Source of the DNA: a bacterium
GTDB lineage: Bacteria; UBA8248
Assembly: GCA_965213685.1 (NCBI GenBank)
Contig: CBDBZY010000064.1
Coordinates: 1,120,001 to 1,184,000, forward strand
Direction of reading: 5' to 3'
DNA length: 64,000 nt
Positions 41,842 through 55,700 of the stretch are shown in pieces (within the stretch, counting starts at the first letter, position 1; each line of letters begins with the position of its first letter). A program made the position numbers and the translations under genes. Below the pieces are notes generated by a model, which had not been told where the DNA came from, searched no databases, and worked only from the letters and a program-made list of their open reading frames with translations.

Positions 41842-42569
41842 ATTAAGGTACTTAATGGGCAATTATACACGCAAGCTATTCAAAGCATACTGTGCGCATG
41901 TGGATAGCTGCATCTACTAAAGGGGGAAGGGCTGGTTGCAAGTGTGTGCACACGTGTTAATTTACACGTACAGTTTTACTTACCTTCCTTGTTGACTAGT
42001 TCCACATCCCACCTCTTTCCCTTTGTGTGGAAAGGCCACCACACAATCACCTTGCTGCCACCAAGGTACATGTAGTCCATTAGACTGCAGGAGATCTTGT
42101 GGACTTGGCCGTGGTACATGGAGTCTGGGCAATCCCAGTGCACAAACACCAGGTCTGCTTTGTTGGACGCCATCAATAGCTTTACTTGCTACTGGTTTTT
42201 ATCAGGTGATGCACAAGCGAAGAGCTAAGTTTTATAGTCACTGACTCCATGAAAACCTACATGTTGCAATGTGCATAGGCAAATTGAATATTCATTTGCG
42301 ATACATGCGTAAATACGTGAACAATTCGTGATTCTAGTGTTACCTTTTTTGTGGCACATACTGTATTTCTGTCTCAAAAGTCCAATTACCTTTCAACATA
42401 AATTCGTACTTGGGAGAGTTGATGAGATGTATGTATCCACTTCAAGTTGAGATAATTGTTTTGAATGGTGGCTTGACTATTTTTGCACAGTAGAGGCCAA
42501 ATGACATTAAAGCCATGATCAGCTAGCACTTGTTTTCCAGGTTGAAGTTTATCTAAAATCTCACAATTT

Positions 42570-44100
42570 TCAGTAAGATACTTGTCTGAAACTCTACTCC
42601 TCCAACCCTTTGAAATACCCCTTGTGGGTTATTGTGTGTATTGTGGTGCTTATAAGTAGAATATGTTTCAGCTCTTACCTTCAAGCCACTTGGACGCTCA
42701 CAGAAAACTTAAAAACAGTCTATTATACCTACACATTTTCCTGAAGTTCTGTTGAAAAGCCCGTGGCATTGTTTTTATTAGTTGCTCTCAAGCTGGCCAT
42801 TTAATCAGAGGCTTTAAACAGAAATTAATCCACTTCCTCCAAGCTTTTGAGATTGTAGCCTGGCTGACTCCAAATCTGTATGCTATGTCCTGGTTAGAAA
42901 CATTGAGGCGGAGCTCCATTAAAGTCACAACAAAGTGCTCGAATTTTGGCAACAAACAGTGGTAAGTGAAGTGCTATAAAAATTATATATTAAAATGGTA
43001 AACGATGGGAGACCTGTATAAAATTTAACCTTGTCAGTTTCCAAAGTTCCAACACTGTTTGCTCCACTGATTCCATCGGTTTGCACTTTTCTTTCCTGAG
43101 GTGACAACACTCATCCTCCAGGCTAGTAATAGAATGCATGAATAAATCGAGAACCACAACTCCCTAGGCCACGAACAGCCCTTAGGCCTAGATGTTAAAC
43201 AGTCACCCAATGTGCAGGACGCATTTTGGCTAATATCAGGCCTCATCAGCTGCGCTGGGGTTACTGGGAGTGTGGCCATTACACGTCTTGCACATGCAAC
43301 ACAGATGGCTGTCCTTAGGTCTTCACAGTCACACAGCTTGGTAGCTAATAGTCGTGCTCATCATCTTCAGTTAAGCTTCCTCTTCAGAGTGACTAACCAT
43401 GTGCATGCGAAACGCTTGTACCAAGGAGCTATTATTGTACTGTAACAAACAATAGACAATGTAACAAACAAAAGATAACAAGGCACATGGTAGACTACAA
43501 ACTGACAACAGATGAACAATGTATGTTGTGTACAAGTACATATGTAGGTGTGATGTATGTAGGCTTGGTTGAGACAGACTAATAACACATGGAGAACAGA
43601 GCCAACATGTAGCATATTATGTGTGGGCAAATAAAACTTAATACGTAGATCAGTCTGTGTTTCCACTTCACATGTAGATGGTTCATCAGTTATAGTAGCA
43701 ACACAGCATAGCTCTAGACACACTTCACTGACACAACGCAACTGCAATAGTGACCTGTCAGCGGCTTGTTCCCTTTGAATTGCAGCCTCATGTTTCACGC
43801 GAGCATGTTTTCTACGCTCAAATGCAATTAAGTCGTTTTCTCGCTTTCTTTTAACTGAACTACACACATAGTTGAAGATACTAGGAAGATAGGCAGGTGA
43901 CAACGGATTGTCACTCTTCTAACTGCAAACAAAGTGGGCACTGCACAGCCAGGTATGCTCTGTTGGCACCCAATCCTTCCGATTAATAGCGGCAATCCAA
44001 CACTGACACCATTCGAGGTCAGTGAGAAAGTGGTAGAAACTGATTCCACAGCCCATGCTCCAATGGTTAGCAACCCAACAGCACAGCAGCTTTTCGCCAT
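42570..44100 (-). pseudogene. THAP plus Harbinger/ISL2EU-type DDE transposase pseudogene
   Basis: MAKSCCAVG..WIAAINRKDW..WLCSAHF..PAYLPSIF (THAP, frameshifted), then VKFYTGLPSF, LRLNVSNQDIAYRFGVSQATIS, LIKWP, YKHHNT and RVSDK. Confidence 0.85.
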
Positions 44101-44399
44101 ATTCGGTAGCACATATTCAGCACATCTTTTCGCCACTCAAAATGGTGCCCTAGCAACGCAGTTACGCGTTGCCATCTATAGCCAAACTGGTTTGTGGAAT
44201 AGTGTCTTCCACCTTTTCATGAGGTCAGTAGTGTGTGGAGAAACAGATACTGACACAGATTTAGACACAGGCATACACAGTATAGTAACATGTGGATAGA
44301 TCTACAGGTGTGTAGGTGTAGCTAGGTATGTAAGTACATATTGTATGAGGACTAGCTATATTCTTAGAGTGTCTGTTTTTTGCTAGTTGGTAGATCCTG

Positions 44400-45300
44400 A
44401 ACTAGCAGAGGTGGAAAGTGCAGAACCAAGGAAGAAGTTGAATGAGCACCCATTAAAAGTTGCATCAGGAATGCTGAGACCACGGATGATCTTGTTTGTG
44501 AGATTAGCGGTGTTGGGAAATGTTCGTAGATGGCTAATGTTGAGCAGGTTCTACAGCATGTTCTGTGGCCAAATGGACAAAGCACCATTGCAGGTCATCC
44601 ACATTGGCATGCTGGACAACAACTTTGGGTTTGGTGTTTCTACCCTTCAGTCCTCCTGGTCAGTTTTCGATACATCCTCTGTGTACCACAGGAAAAGCCA
44701 TTCTCCAGGATGCTCAATCAACTCAGTCTGGCATGGACTACGATGTAGTTGGCAATGCTTCTTTCCACTTCGAAGAGTGAAGTAGTACCCAGTGTAAAAA
44801 ATCATAGTGTTCAGCAGTGCGTGAGGACTATGGTCTCCAAACAAACCCTTTGCCCAAAGGTTGTCCTGTGTCTCTGATAGTGTCTCTGCCTGTCTCTTGA
44901 TGAACCCACGCCTTCCTGCTGGAGTCTCTTGATCTCCACATCAAGAGAACTATGAAACTGGGCAAACACAGGGTCTTTCAGAAAGTCGATGTTTGGCTGC
45001 CTAGACCACCATATATGCCTTATTAGGCCCATGACAATGTGGTGGAGGGTGTTGGGGGGGATAAACATTGCCACACTTCTTCCTGACCTCCAGTACAAAC
45101 CTCATCAAGCAGTAATTCAGTTGTTGTTTTGTCATTTGTGTTAGGCTTGGAATGGTTGCTTCTGTTGTTTGTATTCTGTGTATTCTACATTCATCAAATA
45201 GTCGAACACAGTATTTAGTGTTTGCCACAGATTTGGCAGGAACAGCCCTCTGTCGAACGCGCTCTATCTCTTCATCTGTATGTGGCTGTACAGAGTGGAC
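44400..45300 (-). pseudogene. Crypton tyrosine recombinase (DUF3504, ZMYM2/QRICH1-like) pseudogene
   Basis: TKYCVRLF..LNYCLMRFVLEVRKKCGNVYP, LDVEIKRLQQEGVG, GDHSPHALLNTMIFYTGYYFTLRSGKKH and YTEDVSK. Confidence 0.85.
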
Positions 45301-46169
45301 GGAGTGGGTGGGGGTGGTGTTACGGCCCAAGTACAAGCTCCAGTGTGGTTGTTGCACACGAGTGAGCGCAGTTTTCCAGTTGAGGGGTGGAGCTCATAGC
45401 TCTTGCTAGCAGCTGCAAGTAAGCAGTCTATGTAGTTGTTGTCAAGGTTGCCATCACCTTCACTGTTGTACGGAAGTTGCTGCTTGAAAGAATTTTGCTC
45501 CCAAATAGCTGTTCGCAATCTTGTTTCTAAGGCATTTTCTGTTACTAGGGTGTTTAATGGGTTTCCTTAGCTAAAATAGTTAGACACCTCGTCCAATGAC
45601 ACTCGGACACTACAGCCCAGGCCCCTGGCCCTATTAATTCCCGTAGTTTTCATGGACTCAGTGTCTATCTATTATATATATATATAACCCCTTGATGCTA
45701 CTTGTATGAGTAAGGCAGTCACATACATGCAGTGAGGATGTTATAGGCCTGAAACTTTTTGAGGGGCTCAGCCCTTCTTCCACAAACACACTATCATACA
45801 TGCATACTAAAGTGTTGGTGCTCAACTTCGAGAACGACATCTTCCTGTAGGGTACGGTGGTACAGCAAAAATGCACACAAACAGGAATGAGAAACATTTT
45901 TCCAAAAATATAGGGGTAACTTGGGTAGTCCTCCTGTGCCCTGTGCTGCCTGCACACGGCCATCCATATATCTAGTTTGTGCAGTTTTTGCCACTGCCAT
46001 CCCTACATCCTCTGCGTTTTTGGATATGTCTTTCATTCTTGTAAAAATATCAAGGCACATTATAGCCAGTTTGACCTTTGGTATACAAGCCATGACCATT
46101 GAATCTGAGCTGCTTGCCTCTCCTGTAGCAGGTACTGATGCTGTAGTAAACGGGGCACAGCCCCATTTC

Positions 46170-46600
46170 CATAATTGAAGTGATTAGTTGCCTTGCATTG
46201 TACTGATAAAAACTTCCAATAGCGTAGCACTCACTCTCCATCGCCTTCCTTTGTGGCATGATGAAAACCATGCCAAAGAAGACCAAGTGTGACAACATCA
46301 AGAAAATACAGGTGAACACGACATGCTGCTATAGCAAAATCTTCACTTGGCTCATTCTCTGGTAACTTCATGAGTGTGGCAACCACATATTCTACATAAT
46401 CTATGTTGCTCAATGAGTACAACATATGAGCAACAGCAATTATGTGTGAATGGAGTATCAAGAAAGTCTTCAGATGCTTAGCTTTTTGATGGGTCAGAAC
46501 AAACAGCTGTGTGATTTATGAGTGTTTTCAGCTGGGACAGTGTTCCTCTTTCGATTTGATCGAGTTGCCAAATAACCTATTGTGTTACAACACAAATGAA
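46170..46600 (-). pseudogene. Academ-like (DUF6589-type) transposase fragment
   Basis: LGLLWHGFHHATKEGDGE followed, after a frameshift, by VLRYWKFL. Confidence 0.55.
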
Positions 46601-46615
46601 TGAGCACTGTAAACA

Positions 46616-47455
46616 CTACATTTGTACATTGTAGTAATAATCATAATACTCGAGAGGCTGCCCTAGCAATCCTGCCATTGACCACGTGCCCAGTGAAGGC
46701 GGGGCCAGTTTACATGAATCATCAGTTATACATGTAGATAACTTACCGGTCACTCTCCCTGAGTGACTGAACTTACCAAACTTACCTCTTCTCTGCCCAC
46801 CAACCACAGTGCCATCCCTCGGATCCCCAGCCGAGGACTGAGACTGAGGCTGGGTAGAGCATGGTTCTCCATATAATTTGACCTTCCTAACCTCCCACAA
46901 ATCGATTATGTACTCTTTCACTAAAGCAAGCATAGAATCAAAATTCTCCGTCCAAAGCTCACAACCTAACACAAAAGAAGCCCTTTCAATATTATCTAAT
47001 GCTTCAAAGTCTTTAAAAGCCTCTCCTAATGTGGACCTGAGCTTAATCATGAACTCTTCTCTACTATCCTTGTAAGCAGGACACTCCCATAAAACATGGA
47101 CAACACTCTTGCACTCATCGCCAGATAAAACACACTCAGTCCTGCCATTCCTTCCCCTATGCCTACCGAACTCCTCATTCAAACCATGTGTTCCTGACCT
47201 AAATTTAAACAAGAGTCTAGTTCCGGCATCACAATCCCATATGGTACCTTTTGAACTCTACTTGCTTACTAAATGCTTTATACAACCCTAACTTAACCTT
47301 GCTATTCAATCCTTCCACATACTCTTTATTTTCTCTATTAAACAGTCATTCACATTCGATAAAAACAGGCTTAATGGACATTGCCCCTTCCTAATATCAT
47401 CTAACAATTCACCTTTAGGCAATCCTAGCACATCAAATAATTCATCTACATACTT
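46616..47455 (-). mobile_element. LINE C-terminal zinc-binding region and 3' end
   Basis: FKFRSGTHGLNEEFGRH..ECVL..ECKSVVHVLWECPAY. Confidence 0.8.
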
Positions 47456-50400
47456 ATTCCAAGGCTGACGCAAGATTGAGCATACAACACAAGATGGAGC
47501 AACTGGAACAGACCACCTTGCAGGCGTGGCTTAGGTGGCCGATGAGTGATTCGAGTTCCTTTCTTGTGCAGGCCCGCCTATCACCCCACTGCTGCAGGAG
47601 AGCCTGGACCCAGTGTAGCTTGTTAGCCGGCAACCTGAGTTGGCCTGCCACGGTGTCTACCTCAATCCCTAGGTAGCACAGACATGTTATGGGGCCGTCT
47701 CGCTTGTGGTTAGCAATTGGGACCCCCAGGGAACGACATTCATGGTCCAGTAAGGCCAATGAGTCACTGCACTGATTTGAGTCCAGTGGTGCGACTATAA
47801 TGAAGTTGTTGAGATAGTGTGGAATTAGTGGTATGCCAGACTGATGCAGATGCCAGCGGAGTGCATCAGCCACTTAAAAATCTTTGGAGCTGACCTTAGA
47901 CTGAACGGCAGCATCATATCGATGTACACCCGGCCCTTCAAGCACATTACCAGCAAGGGGCGGTCGTGTGGATATACGGGGATCAGATGATTTGCCGATT
48001 CGATATTGCCTTAGCCAGGAGTGCCCCACAGCCCAGCCTTGTGACCAGGCCGGTGACTTCGTCAACGGTTGAATAGGTCAGCGAACAGAGTGATGGGTAG
48101 ATCCCATCGTTGACACTGTGCCCGTGTGGGAACGACAGATCGGTTATGAGCCGCCACTTCCCCTGGTCATGACCCTTGGGAAACACTGAACCAGTTAATC
48201 TGGAGATGAGGGAGATTCGATAAGCCATCACCACCAAATGGGCCTAATAATCAGGCGAGTGACAACTCCTTCAGATAGTCGGATACCACCAACAGATGCT
48301 CAAGGGCCAAATGCATGTTATCTGGGGCCGACCATAAGTGGAATGTGCCAGAGAAGCCAATGTGAAAGCTGAACCTCATTCCCACACAAATATACCGAGC
48401 AAATGCCCTGTCCGGATGGTGGGATAGTGCCCGAGCCCATGCTTCCACGACCAACAGCGTGGAGACTAGCTCAAGCTGGGGTGACGTGCATGAGATTGCT
48501 CAGTGGCAGGAGTTGAGGCACAACAGATCTGTTGTATACTCATACAACAATATTTCTGTGGCATCACCTGTGGGATAATGGAAGAGGGATCATGCTCAAG
48601 CGCTACCTTAAGGGTGGCCCCGATGGGCCGTCACACCCTTGGGGTGGAACCTAACTACCCTAGCTGATTGACTGATACCCCCCTTTCCCAATGAATCAAC
48701 AATGATATCATTAATTTTACAAACCACCATCATGAGTAAACATGCAGTGCTGCACTACATACATGTATACTAGCTAAGCTACCCGTGGACTGTTCCCTAT
48801 GATCTGTGATCCGTTGGGATGAATCGACACACATATCATTAATTTTATGAACCATCATCATGAGTAAACATGCAGTACTGCACTACTTATACTAGCTAAG
48901 CTACTCATGGTCTGTTCCCTGTGATCCGTCGAGAGATGGGGGAGGGGCAATTGTTTACTGGCAGGAACCGAGGGGAGTGCCTTTAGCTGGGATATGATCC
49001 AGCGGGAGGTGGGGTGAGCGGCTCCTGACTGGCTGGCTCCTTGGACAGTTGATGAGAGGGTGACCTGCCCCGCAATTGCTGCACTGGTGCCGGTATCAGC
49101 ACCAGGGAAATCAGCATTGGCCCTCGTTAAAACAGCGGCAGATCTCGTTGCGACCTTGCTGCGGAGCTGCACTCATCGCTGGGGACTGCAACGGCCACGA
49201 GGAGGGGACAGGGAGCCAACTAAACAACGGCTGATCTGGGTTGCGAGGGCAGTTTGCGTCTCCATGGTCGTCCTGGAGACAGAACCCGCACCGGGTGATA
49301 GACCGTGCTCATTCAGTGAAGGCCTCACTGTACAGCTGTGGGTCTGGGACGGACCAATTCAGGTCTCCCCTCACAAGGGCCTCCCACCTGTACTCTCCAT
49401 CATAGGCTACCCACCGTTTCCCTTCGTAATTACGTTTGGCTTGTACAATTGAGGCTTGATATGCAAACATCTCATCCGCCTTCTCCGGGCATTTCGTGCA
49501 CATGACTGTTGCCATCAACGAAAATCGCTCAATCCATTGCAAAATGTCCGTGATTGGGAGCCTAGCAGGAGGTGGTGGCTGGCCCAAGACTTGTGTGGCC
49601 ATATCATTGACGACCACCTCTGCCATCTCGACGAATTCTAAGTCGAGAATTCGCTTGACCTCCTTTGGGGCCAGGGATGCAGCCAGATTGAAAGGCCCTG
49701 GTTTTGCCAGGAGAGCCCTGCATGTGACCTTGGCTGTCTCATCCCCCGATCCACCGTCAACCTGGGCTATCGCATTAGCCAACATATCCAGACTGCAGCT
49801 CATCCCCTGTTTGGGGGAGAAGATCGGGACTGAGTGCTGGACCAGCGAGGTCTGGGCGTCAGTCTCTGCAATGGAGGGGGGGGAATTTAATTTGAGGGAA
49901 GCATTGTCCGATAATGCGACAGGTTACACGTTACACAATTGCCACATGTACGTGGGATCCTGGTGCCGACCAGGTACGGTGATTAACAACGGCCCATTCG
50001 CGCTGCACATAAGTACATGTGTACATGCGTACGTACATACCGGCCTGCCACTGATTATGTAATTTAGTACATAGGGGCATGCGGGCCTTGCATACTTGCT
50101 ATGGTTACTGAATCGCCGGCTGGGTACAGCCAGCCTGTATCCAGGAGTTGGCAGGTACTGGTACCGGGTCCAGGTACAGGTATGGGTACAGGTACTGGGT
50201 ACGGCGGCGTTGCACCGGGGCCAGCAGTGGGCACATGGGCCCTGTGAAGCATGAGCAGTGGTCGCCCGGCATATGCACTAAACCCGGGTGACTGGGCCAG
50301 CATGGCCCACCCCTAATACTGACATTCGCCCCTGGCCATCGAAGCTATCGCTCCCCTTGTGACTGTACCTCGGTACTTGCCGAGTGACACAAGTGGGGTG

Positions 50401-50800
50401 GGGCTCAAGAGGGGGCTGGGCATGTCTCGCAAGCATACGATAAGTAAAAGGCTCCGTGGCGTGTAGTGTTAGAGTGTGAGGTGCCAGCTATGCTCTTACC
50501 TGGCTGCGGGGTCCTTTGGGAGCCCATGGCTTCCTTGTCTGCGTTGGGAGCGGACTGGGACCGAAAGCATTCTTGAGCCAGGCCACTTGCTGGGCCGAGA
50601 ATGGCGGTGCAGAAGACTGCGGAGTCTCCTCAGGCTCATCGCCCATGACATAGTCGGTCCCAAATGCTGTAAGAAGTGCTCCGAGAAACCGACTCCCCGC
50701 TATTCGAATTGCCTGGCAACTGTCGCGCAGCGCCTTCAATCGACCTTCACTACATGCATGCACGCCAAATGCGACTAGTATAGTGGCACGTGACGAGCCC
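47454..50800 (-). mobile_element. Ngaro/DIRS tyrosine-recombinase retrotransposon remnant (gag and RT/RH part)
   Basis: gag-like LEFVEMAE..WIERFS..AYQASI..WVAYDGEYR, and pol KWRLITDLSFPHGHSVNDGI, HYLNNF, CYLGIEVDT and LESLIGHLSHA. Confidence 0.88.
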
Positions 50801-50977
50801 GAATCCTGCCGTTAACTATGTTTAACTCCATTAGTTCTTGGCCATCTCCTTAGAAAAAGGAATAGGTATGTTCCATGGCGTGATCTTGAAACTCAGGCAT
50901 GTGTTGGAGTATCATTCAATCACACAATATACGTACATTAACATAAAATACTCACATGCACAAACAAGGAACACATA

Positions 50978-51448
50978 CTGTATTTCCTCGAATAGACGTC
51001 CCGGCGTATATTTCCTTCACGACTCTGCGGACCCAGCGTTTAAATGAGGCCAGCGTTTATACGGGGCCGGTGTTTATTTACTTTACATATTGCTTGCCCA
51101 CGCCCACCCACGCTATGTAGCGCACGCCGAGGTTGAAATTCACTTCAGTTCGTGCGACCGTATGGCAAGCCAAGGGACCAACAGGCACACTCAATAGCCT
51201 TTAACTTGAAGGACACGTCAAAGCATCTCTTCTGTGCCATCGAAGTAGCAGTAGGTGAAGTTCAGCTATCCCCTTTGAGTCTACTGCGCGGTGCACATGG
51301 ACTACGTGCCATGCCCCCAAGCTGGTACCGGGCTGACCCGGCATCTAATCGAGGCCCGGTGTTTATTTGCTATACTGCCCTTAATACCCCCAGCGGTTAA
51401 ACGTGGCCAGCGTTTATTCGAGGGAGGCGTCTATTCAAAGAAATACGG
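50978..51448. mobile_element. Tc1/mariner/pogo-type MITE
   Basis: TA-CTGTATTTCCTCGAATAGACG..CGTCTATTCAAAGAAATACGG-TA. A partial copy lies at ~53186-53243. Confidence 0.85.
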
Positions 51449-51699
51449 TACATACCTTGCCACAAGAATTTCACACTCATGGCATACTTTGGTTATGTCA
51501 CAAGAAGGTAGGAAGGAATGTAGTAGACTTGATCACAGGCCTTTGTGGTGGGCAATGATATATGATTATGCAGTCTTGTTACATGGATACACACACCTGT
51601 TTGCTGGTACCATTCCTAAACAGTGCAACTGACATTGCTCGCTGTACTTGGGATACCTTTGTCTCAATGTCTGTGACATAATGAAACATATTGATGGCT

Positions 51700-51960
51700 T
51701 ATTACATTCATGCAGGGCTAAGTCTTGCACGTTGTTTCCAAACTTATGTAAGATAGCTACAATCAGTCTCTCAATCCCTGTCTCAGCAGCATTGGTAGAA
51801 AGAAGCATTTCCCAGATGAAGTTAATCAAGACCCGATTACGAAGCAGCCTATATGACAAAAGTCTTTCTCACCTGATGCAAATTGCTATTGAGTTCCCAG
51901 CTGAACTACCAGACAGTCACTTAGAAGAAGTGGTTAATGTATGGAACAGAAAAATAACAG
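51700..51960 (+). pseudogene. hAT C-terminal dimerisation-domain fragment
   Basis: FPNLCKIATISLSIPVSAALVERSISQMKLIKTRLRSSL. Confidence 0.85.
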
Positions 51961-51991
51961 TTTACGTAGGTATTAGTATACTGATAGTACA

Positions 51992-52994
51992 TGTCTAATG
52001 CACCTAGGTCTTGCACTACTCCACAGGCGCTTATCACAGACTCGGAGACTAACTTACAAGAACATACAGACTGTATAAATGGGCCCAATGTGAAGCGCTA
52101 GGATGGGCCTAACCTACTGTACATACACACTGACATGCACACTAATGACAAAATGAGTTCAAAATTCAACATTTCCCCACTCCTATCCTCAGCTCATCCT
52201 CAAGTTGATGGGGTCTCAGTCTCTTCCCCCACACTGCACCTCCTCTCTCTGGCTGCGCCACCCCAGGGTCCTCCATCTTCTGCCCAGGAGGGTGACTATC
52301 TAGAGCATCATCCAGTCCTCCCGGCTCTGCCTCTTCATCTTCACTCCCAGACTCTGAAGTTCTATCTCACTTTGCAGGCTGTACTCGTCCGCTGTAGTTC
52401 TCACAGTCTCCAGTGTCTGTTCTGTCTGCGCAAATCGCTCTGTCATCTCTTCCATCTGCCCTCTCATTGCCGCCTTCTCGCTGGTTAGAGTCTCGACAGA
52501 CTGACTTAGTTCTTCCACCCTCTCCTCTGTCTCTTGTTCCCGCTGGCGCATGGCAGCCTCCAACTGAGACACAGCTTGGGATAGACGCAGGTTCTCAGCC
52601 TGCATTTTCACCAACTCGTGCTCCAGGTGCATGGCCGTGGCCACCGCTGGGCACTCCTTCCTGAGTTTACGGTTTTTGGGCGTTGCGCTCCACTTGGAGC
52701 GCGTCTAGTTGAGTTCTTAGAGTCTCTGTTGTACTCATCTCGGTTTGGCTCTCATCTCAGGCTTCGAGTTCGGGTTTGGCTTTACGGTTCACTACAGCAA
52801 TGTTGCAGATGTGATTCCAGACTGGCCCCCAAATGTAATGCACCTCGGTCTCGCACTACTCCACAGGCCGCGCTGAGCCCAACAACAGACTTGACCAGAG
52901 TTATTACAGACTCAGAGACTAACTTACAAGAACAATGTCATACAGACTGTATAAATGGGCCCAATGTGAAGCCCTAGGATGGACCTAACCTACA
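51992..52994 (-). mobile_element. Internally deleted LTR retrotransposon (two short LTRs, PBS, gag N-terminus)
   Basis: Direct repeats at 51992-52118 and 52834-52994 (TGT..ACA). Minus-strand TGGGGGCCAGTCTGGAAT next to the right LTR resembles a tRNA-Pro PBS. Coiled-coil ORF at 52300-52644. Confidence 0.8.
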
Positions 52995-53912
52995 TGTAAA
53001 ACTGTTAACACTACTGTTAATGGCTCACAAAAATTAATGGTTATACTTTCAGTTATGTTAAAAACTAAGAGTCTAGTCCCATAATGAGTGTTGTTATATT
53101 TTAAAGGGGGGTAGGAATCATGATGCCAAAACTGCAGAAACTATATAAGTGAAATGGTAGTGTGCAGGCAAGACAGGACATACATACTGTATTTCCTCGA
53201 ATAGACACCCAGGCATTTATTTCCTTCGCGACTCTGCGGACCTGGCTAGACCCTACTCCGAGCGCAAAGCGCAAAGCTTCGCGCTCAGAGTAGGGTCTAG
53301 CTCGATAGACTAGCCTACACTCTGCCATCCCTATACCAAGAATCTGTGGTGTTTTGACACTGCTATCCCTACATGTTTCAGGGAAAATAAGAACTTGTGT
53401 AATTGTAAGTATAAATGCTAGTTTTCCTTCTTTGGCACACTTACTATGACTCATGCGGTCCCTTTGTTGTAATGAGAGCACAAACAGTCAGTGAACCAGT
53501 TGTTTCTCGGTAGTATCTTTTTCTCCTCAATCTGTAATCATATGAGCTGCATTGGTTCAATAGAACAGTAATGATGCCCAGGGTTTTTCAAAATGTACTT
53601 TGGATGTTCTGTACAGAATTCAAACTTCCTTGTCATCTCTGTGTGTTGAGATCCTAATGTGCATATCCTCTCATTCTATAAGCTACCAGCTGGTTTTGCA
53701 GTGGTGTCTCTCTTATGTAGTAGAATAGCCATTTTTCTAGTAGCCATTAAGACAGTTGGAGGAAATACTTATAACTGCTATGCGCTGTAATAGATGCACA
53801 TACATACATATACGTATACATGTATGTACATACGTATGCAGACAGTCTTACACATGCAAGCTATATATTACAGTGTACGTGGTGCTTGTACCTACATCTC
53901 ACTTTTCCAAAG

Positions 53913-54014
53913 GTTGCTAATGCAATGGATGAATATGGTATTTCCTACAAGATCACCCTTAATTCTGCTGTGGAGTTTGGAGTGGTGTGGGATGCTCCCA
54001 CTGAGGAGGGAAAG
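53913..54014 (+). CDS. CABIT-domain protein, coding exon 4
   Basis: ttttccaaag acceptor, VANAMDEYGISYKITLNSAVEFGVVWDAPTEEGK, donor gttagt, phase 0/0. Confidence 0.8.
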
Positions 54015-54049
54015 GTTAGTTTCTCTCTGACACATACAAATACACATAT

Positions 54050-54606
54050 GTGACCGGATCTGCGAAAACCGACCACCTTGTAAAATATGTACATTAGAGA
54101 TACGGGCGTTTGAACGCGGTCATGTAGTTCCAGACCCAAACTTTTTTTATTATGCCACTGTAATCTTGGGTCCTTTAGCTACATCGTGGTGGAGTTTGAC
54201 AGTCATCAGCGCTTCCGTTCGAGCGCTATAGCGTGAAACATGCAGCCTATTCAAGCGCCCCGTTATAGTCTAGTATAGTATACGATGTGCGTTGCTAAGC
54301 CGAAGAACATGATCTACAAGCTACGCTAACGACTTGTAGCTTGCCTAATGGCTATATCGTATGGAGAATCAGTCGATTACAAGTAAACACGAGTACTCGT
54401 GTAAAAACTGTAAGTATCGCGGAAGTATATGGACTACGCAAAACACGCCCTAGCAACCGCAATAAACGCCCTTTTTCCGGAAACTATACAGGCGATCGCT
54501 TCCAAATTTTCACCAGACCTAGACCACACCTCAATGACATCATTCATTGCGCTATCTCGATTTCGATAGCGGGTACAAGGTGGTCGGTTTTCGCAGATCC
54601 GGTCAC
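54050..54606. mobile_element. Young MITE with perfect TIRs and ATAT flanks (Sola1-like)
   Basis: Perfect 33-bp TIR GTGACCGGATCTGCGAAAACCGACCACCTTGTA, ATAT on both sides, CpGs retained. Confidence 0.85.
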
Positions 54607-55700
54607 ATATTTTGCATTGTCTTTGATATGTGGAAAAGTGATCATGAACAGTAGTTCAAGGATGACCCATGTTCCTCCTCAATCCTAGCATCAAGAAGGG
54701 TTTGGCTTGCACTATGGGCGTATTGTCACCATCCCTACATAGAGAGTCTACCAACTCTCTGATAAGCCACTGCTCACTGCAAGTTTCTCATGTGCCATGA
54801 CCCAGTCACAACATGCTCACTATTATCCCATGCACACATATACGTACATGTATGTACGTACCTGAATAGCAACGCAATGAAATGTTATAATGGGGTAACT
54901 GCCTTGGCAAAGTACAGATCATCCCAGGTCAACAATACTTCCAGTTCTCTTGCACACCTCCGTCATAGTCGGTGTTCTGCCATGGGGATTCATACTGCAC
55001 AGGCGTGATTACATACGTACTCCTGTAAGGATGTGTGTGCATACATGTGTCAAGTGAAGCTTGGAATGGGTCAGAAACCAATGTTTGAGCGAAAAAGATG
55101 CCAGTTGTCATGGGTGCATTAGAAACTATAGTAAGTCACATGCTGGTGTTGTGTAGGGGTGAGTTCTCTCATCTGACTCTAGCTGTGCATGAGGTTTTCT
55201 GTGCATTGTGTCAGGGTGCAGGAGTAATGCACAGATGCCCTGAAACCAATGCATGATTCTCTTTAGGATACTTTCAATGAAGCATCCTGCATATACATAT
55301 GTGTACACTGATATAACTTTTACCATTAGTTCACCATGCTGTCTGAAAGTATGTACATGATATCCGATTGTTGGTGGCTTACTCTGTCTGTTTACAAGTA
55401 TAAATGACGTCTTCCAAAGCAACAATGGATGGCAGTGCCAAATAACACAGAAGCTAGGTGTAGGGATGGTGTATGCAAGCAAGATAGGGCATAAGGAATG
55501 CAGAAGGAAGCCCATTCCTACACGTTTCCTTTGGTACATAACATCCTTCTGCCCAATTAGGGCAGTGCTGGTTTTGGTGCTGTATCCATGAGATATTGGA
55601 AGCAGCATGGTGCAGTAAAAAAATGTAAAGGATTTAAGGATTGGCCTCTGTTATATTCTTTGTATGCCTTGTCTTTTTATCATGTTTCATTGCTACACAG

